In this document: positions 29,426 to 39,419 of the stretch, in pieces
How the letters are laid out: the number at the start of each line of letters is the position of its first letter
How positions within the stretch are numbered: the stretch's first letter is position 1
DNA from: Cyanobacteria bacterium P01_A01_bin.123
GTDB lineage: Bacteria; Cyanobacteriota; Cyanobacteriia; Phormidesmidales; Phormidesmidaceae
Reading direction: 5' to 3'
Length of the DNA: 64,000 nt
NCBI GenBank assembly: GCA_039815185.1
Contig: JBCBZT010000014.1
Coordinates: forward strand, 78,436-142,435
Notes under the pieces: generated by a model
Database searches by the model: none
Seen by the model: the letters and a program-made list of their open reading frames with translations, nothing else
Told to the model about the DNA's origin: nothing
Position numbers and translations under genes: made by a program

Positions 29426-30247
29426 TTATCCTCTCCGCTGATAAGCCCGGATTGCCAAGCTACTAAACACAGCCGTAATTGCTCCGCTCCACAACAGCGT
29501 TGCTAGGGCGTGAGACACAACCTCACCGCCTGAGGCTAGACCTCTGAGCGCTTGGGCGGCTGAGGAAACGGGATTGATGGCGACAAACCCCTGAAGCCAG
29601 TCAGGAAAGCCTTCTTTCGGCACGTAGCCAACACTAAGAAAGGTCATCGGTAGCAACCACGGCGTCATGGAAACTTGGATCGACTCGGCAGACCCCGCTC
29701 GAACGGCAATGAAGACGGCAATCCAAGCGAAGGATGAGGTGAAAATAACGGTGAGTAGCAAAAATGAGATCGCGCCCAACACCCCTGTCTGAAACCGAAA
29801 GCCCAGCAAATGGCCGATCAGCACAATGATGATCACCTGGGCCAGCAGTCGTCCAGCACCGCCCAAAATGCGGGCGGCTAGGGCCGCAGACCGGGCAATC
29901 GGCATCGCTCGAAGCCGAGTATCCATGCCGCTCTTGAGATCATGGTAAAGGGCCGTACCCACACTAACGGTGCTAAACAACAACCCTTGCACGACGCTCA
30001 GGGGCACCAAAAATTGGGCGTACTCAGCATAGCTGCCCTCGGGCAATACCACTCGGGCAAAACTGGCGGTAAAAATCACCATTAACGATACGGGAAATGC
30101 CGTTGCGCCGACGAGCACGGCTGGACTGCGGGCATCTAATAGCAGATTACGCTGGGTCACAACCCAAATATCGTGCAGGGTGCGCCCCAGGCCCCCTTCT
30201 TGGCGAGCCGCCACTCGTTCAGCAGCCTTAGCCGCAAGATTTTCCAT
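29426..30247 (-). CDS. ABC-2 type exporter permease (DrrC-like)
   Basis: RLRAMPIARSA, FLSVGYVP and PDWLQGFVAINPVS. The likely start is MENLAAK at 30247, because the longer ORF overlaps the upstream gene. Confidence 0.88.
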   Translation of the reverse strand: MENLAAKAAERVAARQEGGLGRTLHDIWVVTQRNLLLDARSPAVLVGATAFPVSLMVIFTASFARVVLPEGSYAEYAQFLVPLSVVQGLLFSTVSVGTALYHDLKSGMDTRLRAMPIARSAALAARILGGAGRLLAQVIIIVLIGHLLGFRFQTGVLGAISFLLLTVIFTSSFAWIAVFIAVRAGSAESIQVSMTPWLLPMTFLSVGYVPKEGFPDWLQGFVAINPVSSAAQALRGLASGGEVVSHALATLLWSGAITAVFSSLAIRAYQRRG

Positions 30248-30258
30248 AGATAAACCCC

Positions 30259-31080
30259 TCAAGAGACTTGGCGATAGAGACGCAGTGCGATCGCGCTCAG
30301 CAGTAGCAACAATCCCACCAGCCATCCCACCGCCCACAGGGCCGGAACCAGTAAGTCTGTGCCATTTGCCAAGGCTCGCAAGGCATCTGCCGTCCGACTT
30401 ACGGGTTGCAGCGATACCACAGGTTGCAACCACACCGGGAAATTATCTGCCGGACTAAACCCCGTACTTAACAGCAACAGTGGCGTGTAGGGCACAATCA
30501 ACAACGCATTCACTAACGCGGGCTGTCGCAACTTCAGCGCAAATACGGCATAGCCCATCACCATCGTTGCCGTAAACAACAGCGTCAGCGCAAAGTAACC
30601 CAAAATGGACAAGATGCCCGTCTGGAAGCGAAACCCATAGACATGGGCAAATGTCAGCAAAATCGCTGTGGCGATCACTGCTCGCACCAAATAAGCCAGC
30701 ACCAATCCCCCCAATATGGCTATCCGCGAAATTGGCATAGCTCGACACCGCTGCACCATGCCACTTTCCATATCGTTAGCCAAGGCCACCGCTGCCCCCA
30801 TGGCCGCAAAAAACATGGCTTGGAGGGTAATAATCGGTAGCAAATACTGCACATAATCAATCCCCTGTCCTGCCATCAATCGCTGAAACGAAAGTAAAAA
30901 GCCACTCAGAAAAATAACGGGAAACAGCACCACCGATACAATTACCGCGGGTAACCGACTCAGACGAATCAAATTGCGCCACGTAATCGTCAAACTATCT
31001 GCGATCGCCCGATCAATGCCCGCCTCACGACGTTGGGCAATTAGGGTTTGGGCTTTGGTTTGGAGGGTTGGGGAAAGCAT
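30259..31080 (-). CDS. ABC-2 type exporter permease (DrrB-like)
   Basis: YVQYLLP, RCRAMPISR, LSTGFSP and PVWLQPVVSLQPVS. Confidence 0.9.
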   Translation of the reverse strand: MLSPTLQTKAQTLIAQRREAGIDRAIADSLTITWRNLIRLSRLPAVIVSVVLFPVIFLSGFLLSFQRLMAGQGIDYVQYLLPIITLQAMFFAAMGAAVALANDMESGMVQRCRAMPISRIAILGGLVLAYLVRAVIATAILLTFAHVYGFRFQTGILSILGYFALTLLFTATMVMGYAVFALKLRQPALVNALLIVPYTPLLLLSTGFSPADNFPVWLQPVVSLQPVSRTADALRALANGTDLLVPALWAVGWLVGLLLLLSAIALRLYRQVS

Positions 31081-31082
31081 CG

Positions 31083-32018
31083 TTAATGACCCGTCGTATG
31101 CCCTGTCAACGCAAAAAATACATCGTCTAAGCTGGGGCGGCGGAGGGAGATGTCAGCTAGCACAATGCCAGCGGTGTCCATTCGGCGTAGGACTTCCGTC
31201 AGGGTAGTGACGCCATCTGGGGCGGCGATCGCAAAGGCATCTCCTTCGGCACACACATCTCCTAGCCCCGTCAGGGCTTGGTGCATTTGGGCTTGGTCGC
31301 GGGGGTTAGCAAGGCGCAGTTCACAAAATGTGCCACCGACTTTGTCTTTGAGGTTATCGGCAGTGCCTTCGGCAATCACGGTGCCTCGGTCGATTACCAC
31401 GATTCGATCGGCAAGTTCGTCGGCTTCTTCGAGGTACTGAGTGGTGAGCACAATCGTGATGCCTTGGGCTTTTAGATCGCGCACCACATCCCAAAGCTGC
31501 TGACGACTGCGGGGATCAAGTCCGGTAGTGGGTTCGTCGAGGAACAGTACTAGGGGTTCGGCGACGATGCTGGCCGCTAAATCTAATCGTCGTCGCATGC
31601 CGCCCGAAAATTCTTTGACCTGACGGTTAGCTGCGGACAATAGATCAAACTGCTCTAGTAATTCTGTGGCGCGCTTTTTGGCTTGTTCGGTGGAAAGGCG
31701 CAGCAAGCGACCAAACAAAATCAGGTTTTCACGGGCAGTGAGTTCTTCATCGACAGCGGCGAACTGCCCAGTTAGGCTAATTAACGCCCTTACTGCGGCG
31801 GCTTGGGTGACGACGTCATACCCTGCGATCGCGGCCTTACCGCCATCGGGTTTAAGCAGCGTTGTCAGGCAATTAATCGTCGTGGTTTTGCCTGCCCCAT
31901 TTGGCCCCAGCACGCCCAAGATTGACCCTGCCGGTACCTTGAGGTCAACGCTTTGCAACGCCACGGTTTTGCCAAACCGTTTGTGCAACCCTTCTACCGC
32001 CACCATGACATCGGTCAT
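31083..32018 (-). CDS. ABC exporter ATP-binding protein (DrrA family)
   Basis: GPNGAGKTT, FSGGMRRRLDLA, LFLDEPTTGLDP, LTTQYLEEAD and RPSLDDVF. Confidence 0.94.
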   Translation of the reverse strand: MTDVMVAVEGLHKRFGKTVALQSVDLKVPAGSILGVLGPNGAGKTTTINCLTTLLKPDGGKAAIAGYDVVTQAAAVRALISLTGQFAAVDEELTARENLILFGRLLRLSTEQAKKRATELLEQFDLLSAANRQVKEFSGGMRRRLDLAASIVAEPLVLFLDEPTTGLDPRSRQQLWDVVRDLKAQGITIVLTTQYLEEADELADRIVVIDRGTVIAEGTADNLKDKVGGTFCELRLANPRDQAQMHQALTGLGDVCAEGDAFAIAAPDGVTTLTEVLRRMDTAGIVLADISLRRPSLDDVFFALTGHTTGH

Positions 32019-32134
32019 CTTTACCTACCCACTCATATTTATGCAGCCACCATACTTCTACAGTAACCACATCTGATTTGAAGACCTGCGTTTTTAGCCC
32101 AGGGAAAACCTAGGGTTCTGGTTATGAACCAGGT

Positions 32135-32830
32135 TTATGCAGCAGTCAGTTCGTCTAATTTGGCCCTAACCGCTTGAATGTCTTGCCACATCAGCCATTT
32201 AGGCTTGCCTTTTTCGCGGGAGGGGTTCCGTAAGAGATAGGCGGGGTGAAAGATAGGCATGCATAGGTGACCTTCCCATTCGAGCCACTGACCCCGGATT
32301 TTGGTAATTCCTCGCTTTTCTCCAGTTACCCCTTTCATGGCTGTTGCCCCAGTCAACAAAATGATTTTGGGGTCAGCTAAGCGAATTTGTTCTAGCAGGT
32401 AGGGACGACAGGCATTGACCTCGTCTGGGGTGGGGGCACGATTCCCGGGTGGGCGACACTTGACCACATTACAGATGTACACATCCTTTTCGGGGTCTAA
32501 CCGCACCGAGGCCAAAATCTTTTCTAGCAACTGTCCTGATTTGCCGACGAAAGGGAGTCCCTGCTCATCTTCATTTTGCCCGGGCCCTTCACCAATGATC
32601 AAAATGGGGGCAGACGGATTACCCCGACCGACCACCACATTAGTTCGCCCGGCTGCAAGACCGCAGCGTTGACATTGCTTGCACGGTACAGAGAGCGCCT
32701 CCATAGAGCCAAAAGTTCCCGGTGGAATGGGCACCGCTGCACTTGTGGGAATTAATGCTGGATCAACCGTTTCAGTTGATGCAGAGGGGGCAGGATCTGC
32801 TGCAAATAGCCCCATTTGCTCGTCAGCCAT
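32135..32830 (-). CDS. uracil-DNA glycosylase, family 4
   Basis: CKQCQRC Fe-S motif, IGEGPG, PFVG, NVVKCRPPGNR and FHPAYLLRN. Confidence 0.93.
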   Translation of the reverse strand: MADEQMGLFAADPAPSASTETVDPALIPTSAAVPIPPGTFGSMEALSVPCKQCQRCGLAAGRTNVVVGRGNPSAPILIIGEGPGQNEDEQGLPFVGKSGQLLEKILASVRLDPEKDVYICNVVKCRPPGNRAPTPDEVNACRPYLLEQIRLADPKIILLTGATAMKGVTGEKRGITKIRGQWLEWEGHLCMPIFHPAYLLRNPSREKGKPKWLMWQDIQAVRAKLDELTAA

Positions 32831-33063
32831 GAATTTCTCGTGGTTGCATCACACAGCCCGTATTGTAAACGGAAAGTTCGAAGCACCTGATATTTTTGTG
32901 AACCCGACTCAATCATGTTTGAGATCATCCCCTTACCTTAGAAGGGGGTGATAGAATCACTCACAATACTTGTGGATTGCGGGTATCTGTAAAATCCGCG
33001 CGTGTGGATGATTTTTTGGTGTTGAGTGATACGTCTTTAAGTTCTGAGGAGTGAATAAAACCT

Positions 33064-33993
33064 ATGGCTTCTATTCAGCGGGTCTCCGTACTCTCTGGTT
33101 TCGCTGCAGCTGCAGCCCTTGCTGGTGCATTGCCTGGACATGCTTCCGAGATAGCGATCGCGGCAAATGCTTTTGATGCTAATGCAAATGTGGCGAGTCA
33201 ACCGCTAACGTTAGATGATCTCTCTGCAGCCTCTCTTGAGGGCGTACAGTTTGCCGATCAGACGTTGGGGCTTGACACGACCGTTACTGAACTGCCCGTA
33301 TCTGAGGAAGCTGAGGTGACGGCAGACACCACAGCGATCGAACAACTAGATGCTGATACCGTTGGAGTCGAAACTGAAGCCGTTGAGACTGAGGCTGAGG
33401 CTGAAGTTGCTGAAATAGACTCTGAGCCTGTGGCTGATGCCTTAGTACACGATGAAGCTGTTACGACGTCGGCTTCTTTGCTTTTACAATCTGACGAAAT
33501 ATTGGCTTTGATCGAAACCCCTGCCGCTGATCGTGAAGCTGCAGATGGGCCTGAGGTTTTGGCTCAATCCACAGCACCTCTATATCGGGGCATTGCACCA
33601 GCCTACTTAGGTGTGGGTGGCAACATTGGGATTATTGATTCTGATGAAAGCGGTACCGGCGATTTCGCTTTTAGCTTGTTTGGCAAGGTTTCCTTAGGTC
33701 CCCGGTTTTCGGTTCGTCCTGCCTTGTTTGTTAGCGAAGACGACACGTCCCTAGCCATTCCGATCACGTTCAATTTCAGTCCTTTGCAGCTATATGGTTT
33801 CACTGTTGCGCCTTTTGTGGGTGGTGGAGTTGACATCAGTGGCGACACGGGTGCTTTGGTCAACGCAGGGATTGATGTTCCCATTTCCCAACAGTTTACG
33901 TTGACGGCTCAGGGTAACTTCCGCGTCACCGGTGATTCTGGTTTGGGGCTCTTGCTAGGGGTGGCTTACAACATTCCGTTGTTCTTTGAATAA
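33064..33993 (+). CDS. outer membrane beta-barrel protein with acidic N-terminal extension
   Basis: Signal peptide, E/A/T-rich low-complexity region, and C-terminal amphipathic strands (YLGVGG, SVRP, PFVGGG, NAGIDVP, GVAYN). Confidence 0.75.
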   Translation: MASIQRVSVLSGFAAAAALAGALPGHASEIAIAANAFDANANVASQPLTLDDLSAASLEGVQFADQTLGLDTTVTELPVSEEAEVTADTTAIEQLDADTVGVETEAVETEAEAEVAEIDSEPVADALVHDEAVTTSASLLLQSDEILALIETPAADREAADGPEVLAQSTAPLYRGIAPAYLGVGGNIGIIDSDESGTGDFAFSLFGKVSLGPRFSVRPALFVSEDDTSLAIPITFNFSPLQLYGFTVAPFVGGGVDISGDTGALVNAGIDVPISQQFTLTAQGNFRVTGDSGLGLLLGVAYNIPLFFE

Positions 33994-34089
33994 AACTACC
34001 AGATGGAACTAATGGCTTAAATGAATTGGCATTGAGTGGTTTGCTCTAATGGCAATGTTCTTAAATGGCAATGTTCTTAAGGGAGTACG

Positions 34090-34117
34090 AAAGGGACGCG
34101 ACGCGTCCCTTTTTTTG
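34090..34117 (+). terminator. intrinsic terminator
   Basis: AAAGGGACGCG-A-CGCGTCCCTTT hairpin followed by a T run, downstream of the beta-barrel gene. Confidence 0.75.
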
Positions 34118-34158
34118 GGGAACCCTAAGCCCGGCGTTCAACGCGCAAGGGTGCTTCT

Positions 34159-35607
34159 GTGCAATCAACACCATCTGACTGGCAGCAAGTTGAGGCTGTC
34201 TTCCAACGCATTTGGGGCTATAACCGCTTTCGCCCACCCCAAGGAGAAATTGTGCAAACCCTGCTTCAGGGAAGCGATGCGTTGGTGATTATGCCCACGG
34301 GTGGCGGTAAATCTATCTGCTTTCAACTGCCGGCTCTGCTGCAGCGAGGACTGACCCTGGTGATTTCGCCGCTAGTGGCGCTGATGGAAAACCAGGTTAG
34401 CGAACTCCACGACCGCAATCTGCCTGCGGCTACCCTCCACAATGAACTGCCTAGCCGCCAGCGACGGCAGGTTATGGCTGATCTAGAACAACAGCGGTTG
34501 CGGTTGCTTTATTTATCACCAGAAACGTTGCTAAGTCTGCCTGTGTGGCAGCGGTTATGTAACCCGGCGCTGAAACTTAATGGTTTGGTACTTGATGAAG
34601 CCCATTGTTTGGTGCAGTGGGGCGAAACCTTTCGTCCGGCTTATCAGCGGTTGGGTGCAGTGCGGCAAGCGCTGCTTCGGGTGAGGGGAGAAGGGGCCGC
34701 GATCGCGATCGCGGCCTTTACCGCTACTGCTGATCCCACAGCCCAACGTTGTTTGAAAACGACGCTGCAATTGCACCAGCCCCAAGTGGTGCGGCTTAGC
34801 CCCTATCGAGCCAATTTAGATCTGAGTGTGCAACAGGTTTGGACGCTTCGGGGGCGTCAGCAACGGGTACTCAGCACTATTCAGGCTCAAGGGAGCTCGG
34901 CAGGGCTGGTGTATGTGCGCACACGGCGGGACAGTGAAGCGCTAGCCCAATGGCTGAAACAGCAGGGGTTTCGCTGTGCAGCCTACCATGCGGGACTCAC
35001 GCCTCAAGAACGGCGGCGACTCGAAGGAGACTGGATTCAAGACCGATTACAGTTTGTGGTGTCTACCTCTGCCTTTGGCATGGGGATCAACAAATCGGCA
35101 GTGCGCTGGGTGATCCATTACCACGCCCCAACGCTGCTGAGTGAGTATGTGCAGGAGGTCGGACGTGCCGGACGCGATGGTAAACCTGCCTGTGCCCTGA
35201 CTTTGGTCAGCGAACCCACGGGATGGCTGGATGGCACTGACAAACAGCGAGCCAGTTATTTCCAGCAACGTCACCAAAAGCTGAAGCAGCAAGCTCAGCA
35301 GATTGCCCGTCAAATTCCTGCTGAGGGGACGGTGGCAGCGGTGAGTCGGCAGTTTAAACAGGGGGCGATCGCGTTGGCTCACCTCCACCGTTTAGGCCAG
35401 CTACAGTGGATTGATCCCTTTAACTATCGTTTGGTCAGCGGGGTGAGTAAACCGCTGTCTCCAGAGAATAACTCCAGCCAAACGATGCGTCACTATCTCT
35501 ACAGTCGTCAGTGTCGCTGGCAGACATTGCTTGACCAGTTTGGGTTTCGCGCCGATGCCCAGCGACTCCAGCGGTGTGGACACTGCGATAATTGTCAGCG
35601 GTCTTAG
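34159..35607 (+). CDS. recQ: RecQ family ATP-dependent DNA helicase (short form)
   Basis: MPTGGGKS, LDEAHC, TATA, AFGMGI, QEVGRAGRDG and a C-terminal CRW...CGHCDNC zinc motif. Confidence 0.92.
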   Translation: MQSTPSDWQQVEAVFQRIWGYNRFRPPQGEIVQTLLQGSDALVIMPTGGGKSICFQLPALLQRGLTLVISPLVALMENQVSELHDRNLPAATLHNELPSRQRRQVMADLEQQRLRLLYLSPETLLSLPVWQRLCNPALKLNGLVLDEAHCLVQWGETFRPAYQRLGAVRQALLRVRGEGAAIAIAAFTATADPTAQRCLKTTLQLHQPQVVRLSPYRANLDLSVQQVWTLRGRQQRVLSTIQAQGSSAGLVYVRTRRDSEALAQWLKQQGFRCAAYHAGLTPQERRRLEGDWIQDRLQFVVSTSAFGMGINKSAVRWVIHYHAPTLLSEYVQEVGRAGRDGKPACALTLVSEPTGWLDGTDKQRASYFQQRHQKLKQQAQQIARQIPAEGTVAAVSRQFKQGAIALAHLHRLGQLQWIDPFNYRLVSGVSKPLSPENNSSQTMRHYLYSRQCRWQTLLDQFGFRADAQRLQRCGHCDNCQRS

Positions 35608-35746
35608 ATATTGATTGTCGGTATCATGCTTAACGGGCATGGGGCTAATTCAGTTACCCTTAGTGCAGACCCAAAAAATCCTTGCAAAATTCGATCTCTA
35701 CCTAACTTCAGCAGTAAGGTGGAGGCCAACAGTGGATAGGAGGTCT

Positions 35747-36301
35747 ATGGTGAGACTCGTCATGGTAGGTGGCCCTGGTGCAGGCAAAGGCACTCAGGCA
35801 AAGCGGTTACAGGCAGCCTTCAACATTCCCTGGATCTCAACGGGAGATCTGCTATATCAGGCGATTGCAGCTCAGACACCATTGGGACAAAAGATCCAAC
35901 CGATTGTGGAAAAAGGTGAATTGGTGGATGACACCACCATGATTGAGTTGATGCGCGATCGCCTCCAGCAAACCGATGCGGTCAATGGTTGGCTTTTGGA
36001 TGGCTATCCCCGCACCGCGTTCCAGGCAGAAGAGTTAGACTTTTTGCTCGATCAGCTGGGGCAAAAGGTAGACTGGGCTATTTGGCTAGATGTGCCCAAA
36101 ACGATCTTAATGGAGCGGTCTTTGCAGCGATCGCGTACCGATGATAATCCAGAAGCCGTGCAGCGCCGGATTGACCTCCTTTACGAACGAACCGTCCCCA
36201 TTTTGGATTACTACGGCTATCGCCAGCGACTATTAAAGATAGATGGTACGCAATCTCCTGAAGCCGTTGAACAAGCCATCCGAATACAATTGAACGACTA
36301 G
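35747..36301 (+). CDS. adk: adenylate kinase (short-LID type)
   Basis: GGPGAGKGTQA, ISTGDL, GELVDD and LDGYPRT. ATG at 35747 is preceded by AGGAGG. Confidence 0.9.
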   Translation: MVRLVMVGGPGAGKGTQAKRLQAAFNIPWISTGDLLYQAIAAQTPLGQKIQPIVEKGELVDDTTMIELMRDRLQQTDAVNGWLLDGYPRTAFQAEELDFLLDQLGQKVDWAIWLDVPKTILMERSLQRSRTDDNPEAVQRRIDLLYERTVPILDYYGYRQRLLKIDGTQSPEAVEQAIRIQLND

Positions 36302-36365
36302 TCTAGTATTCCTATACCCAAGGTAAGTAGTAAGTAGCAGAATGTGGGTTGGCTGCAAGGTATTG

Positions 36366-36968
36366 TTAGGCCTTCTTCCGGGCGATGAACTGAACGACAG
36401 AAGCCATCCCCGTATGGCCTTCTCCTTCAGAAACTTCTCGTTCAATTTCTCTCAACATCACTGTGTCTAGGCTTGAGAATTCTCTATTAAGCTTGTCAAT
36501 TGTCATCAGCATATCTACATCCTTTGGCCCGCCCGTATCTTTAGACAATTGATTTTCGGAGTAGGCCTCTAGCAATAATATTCCATTAACTTTGAGGGAT
36601 CGCTCAATTAATGGATAGAGCTTATTGCGAATCACGCTCGGCAGGTGGGCCGAGATTGATATAACGGAGCCATAGTGATTTTCTTTGGGCTCAAAGTTAG
36701 TCAAATCGGCTACTTCTGTTTCGATCGTGACTCCCCTTGATTCAGCTAATTTCTTGGCTTTATCTAACCCGACTTTTGAGCAATCGACACCAAGCACACT
36801 CAAACCGCGTGATGCGAGAAAAACGGCATTGCGACCCTCGCCCTCAGATAGCGACAACACAGGACCGCTGAGAATGTCTGCATGCTGCGCTAGGAATGAA
36901 TTGGGTGCAGTGCCATATAGGTAACCACTGTCATCGTAGCGGTTATTCCAAAATGATTCGTCATACAT
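36366..36968 (-). CDS. class I SAM-dependent methyltransferase (TehB/TPMT-like)
   Basis: FWNNRY...YLYGTAPN, EGEGRNAVFLA, and GVDCS. Confidence 0.9.
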   Translation of the reverse strand: MYDESFWNNRYDDSGYLYGTAPNSFLAQHADILSGPVLSLSEGEGRNAVFLASRGLSVLGVDCSKVGLDKAKKLAESRGVTIETEVADLTNFEPKENHYGSVISISAHLPSVIRNKLYPLIERSLKVNGILLLEAYSENQLSKDTGGPKDVDMLMTIDKLNREFSSLDTVMLREIEREVSEGEGHTGMASVVQFIARKKA

Positions 36969-37028
36969 GATGATTCCCCATTAGACTATTCAGTGCGATC
37001 GCATTCAGGAGTTATCCCCTTAGTTCTT

Positions 37029-37829
37029 ATGCTTGAACTTTACCAATTTGAAGCCTCCCACTACAGCGAAAAAATTAGGTTGATTCTCGATTACAAAAAA
37101 TTGCCCTACCGCAAAATTGAAGTCACCCCAGGCGTTGGGCAAATCGACCTATTCCAAAAATCTGGGCAGCGTCAAGTGCCTGTGCTCAAGGATGGCGACG
37201 AAGTGATCCCCGATTCCACTGCGGTCGCCCTGTATCTCGATCAAAAATATCCAGAGCAGCCTGTGATTCCCGCTGAATCCAAACAGCGAGGGCTGTGCTT
37301 GATGATGGAAGCCTGGGCAGATGAGTCCATTGGTCTGAATGCGCGCAAGGCGATGATTGGGGCCTTCAATCAGCATCCCAACTTTCGCACCGCCCTCTTA
37401 CCCGCAACTACGCCCAACTTGATTAAAGATTTGGTGGGGGCTGTCCCAGGAGATTTGCTCAACCTACTTGGCACTGGGGTTGGTTTTGGATCTGATGCCG
37501 TCAAAAAAGCCCATGATAATCTGCGCCAAGACCTCAAAGCCCTTTGTCTAATTCTGTTAGAGAGCCCCTATTTGGTCGCTGACCACCCTACACTGGCTGA
37601 CTTTGCCGTGGCTGGCCTGTCGATGTATATCAAGTTTCCAGCCCAGCAATATGTGGATTTGCCACCGGGCATTTGCGATAAGGGGGTTCCTGGTCTGGCC
37701 GATGATCCCGCCTATCAAGAATTCTTTGCCTGGCGCGATCGCCTCTATGCCGATTACCGCGAGGTGCGTGTGCCCACCACACCGTCAAGTTCCGGTGGCA
37801 GTAGCCCCCAATCTATCAATATCGATTAG
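37029..37829 (+). CDS. glutathione S-transferase family protein
   Basis: MLELYQFEASHYSEKIRLIL, QVPVL, DSTAVA and PTLADFAVAG. Confidence 0.9.
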   Translation: MLELYQFEASHYSEKIRLILDYKKLPYRKIEVTPGVGQIDLFQKSGQRQVPVLKDGDEVIPDSTAVALYLDQKYPEQPVIPAESKQRGLCLMMEAWADESIGLNARKAMIGAFNQHPNFRTALLPATTPNLIKDLVGAVPGDLLNLLGTGVGFGSDAVKKAHDNLRQDLKALCLILLESPYLVADHPTLADFAVAGLSMYIKFPAQQYVDLPPGICDKGVPGLADDPAYQEFFAWRDRLYADYREVRVPTTPSSSGGSSPQSINID

Positions 37830-37908
37830 TCATTTAAGACAATATCGATTAGTCATTTAGACCAACCCCGAAGGCTTACACTGAGGGGACGTGCTGTGTT
37901 GAGGGCGG

Positions 37909-39270
37909 TTGGGCGTGACTACCATTACTGGGACTTTGGTGGATTTGTTGAGTGATGCGCAAGTCTTTCCCTGGGACACCTGGATTACTCAAGCCGCTCC
38001 GCCCAACCCGGCGATCGCGCCAGCACCAATGGCTCAGTTCGCTACCCAATCCCCTCCACCGGCCTGTGTGGTTTGCCCTGAAACTGAAGCCGAACTGGCA
38101 GCAGTGATGGCCTGTGCCCACCAAAATCGCTGGCGAGTCATTCCTTTTGGTCAAGGCACTAAGTTGGCTTGGGGTGGGGTAGGTACAGCCGTTGATCTGA
38201 TGGTGAGTACAGCCCGCCTCAATCACATCGTTCACCATGCGGTGGGTGATTTGACGGTAACCGTAGAAGCTGGGGTCAAATTTACAGATTTGCAGGCGGT
38301 GCTGGTCAAAACTCACCAGTTCCTAGCGTTAGATCCGGCCTATGCTGACCAAGCGACATTGGGTGGCATCGTGGCCACTGCCGATGCCGGAGCGTGGCGT
38401 CAACGTTATGGTGGCGTCCGCGATATGCTGATTGGCCTCACCCTGGTGCGCTCAGATGGTCAAATTGCCAAGGCGGGTGGACAGGTGGTGAAAAATGTCG
38501 CGGGCTATGACCTGATGAAACTGATGACGGGTGCCTATGGCACGCTGGGCATTGTGTCTCAACTGACGTTTCGCACCTATCCCTTGCCAGAGGCTTCACA
38601 AACAGTGGTGATGGCTGGAGAATCCGGGGCGATCGCTGCCACCCTAGCCGCGCTCAAACAATCGGTGCTAACGCCAGTGGCGTTTGATTTACTGTCGCCG
38701 AGGATGGTGGAAAATTTAGGTTTACAGCCCCAATTAGGCTTAGCGCTTCAGTTTCAAGGCATTCCTGACGGGGTAGCTGAACAAGTGACGCGATCGCGCC
38801 AATTTGCTCAAGCCCTCAATTGCCAAGACCTGGTCGGTGCTGCCGATGTCTACTGCTGGCATACCCTGGGTAATCAAGTTTGTTCTCCCCAGGCATCACC
38901 CAACGATTTAATTGTGCTAAAACTTGGCATCCTGCCCAGCGCAGCTGTGACGCTATTGACTGAGCTAGAGCTATTGCTGGCTAATATCGCCTGGTATGGC
39001 CGAATTCATGTCAGTAGCGGGGTTGGCAGAGTCGCGATCGCCTGCGATCAGCACAACATTGAAAGCATGAGAGAAAAATTGCTCAAACTGCGAGCCCGCT
39101 GCGAAAGTGAGCGAGGATTTTTAACCCTATTGCAGGCTCCCCAATCTCTCAAGCAAACCTTGGACGTTTGGGGTTACGCTGGTTCAGCATTACCACTGAT
39201 GAAGCGAATAAAGGCGCAATTTGATCCGCTAGCACTCCTCAGTCCGGGGCGGTTTGTGGGCGATATTTAA
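37909..39270 (+). CDS. glcE: glycolate oxidase FAD-binding subunit
   Basis: DLTVTVEAG, ATLGGIVA, RYGGVRD, GGQVVKNVAGYDL and KAQFDP. Adjacent to glcF. Confidence 0.85.
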   Translation: MGVTTITGTLVDLLSDAQVFPWDTWITQAAPPNPAIAPAPMAQFATQSPPPACVVCPETEAELAAVMACAHQNRWRVIPFGQGTKLAWGGVGTAVDLMVSTARLNHIVHHAVGDLTVTVEAGVKFTDLQAVLVKTHQFLALDPAYADQATLGGIVATADAGAWRQRYGGVRDMLIGLTLVRSDGQIAKAGGQVVKNVAGYDLMKLMTGAYGTLGIVSQLTFRTYPLPEASQTVVMAGESGAIAATLAALKQSVLTPVAFDLLSPRMVENLGLQPQLGLALQFQGIPDGVAEQVTRSRQFAQALNCQDLVGAADVYCWHTLGNQVCSPQASPNDLIVLKLGILPSAAVTLLTELELLLANIAWYGRIHVSSGVGRVAIACDQHNIESMREKLLKLRARCESERGFLTLLQAPQSLKQTLDVWGYAGSALPLMKRIKAQFDPLALLSPGRFVGDI

Positions 39271-39419
39271 GGCCACGACCCTCCTGGGCGCATAGACATA
39301 TGTAGATACAGAGGATTCAGGATCATGTCGATTGACGGCGGCAAGATGCCCAACATACCGCCATCTACCGCGATAAGCTAAAGACACGCTGAATTGATCC
39401 TCCATTGCGATCGCTGGTT

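Noticed and set aside
30248..30433. N-terminal extension of the second ABC permease
   Set aside because: It overlaps the upstream permease in another frame. ATG at 30247 gives a normal-sized protein.
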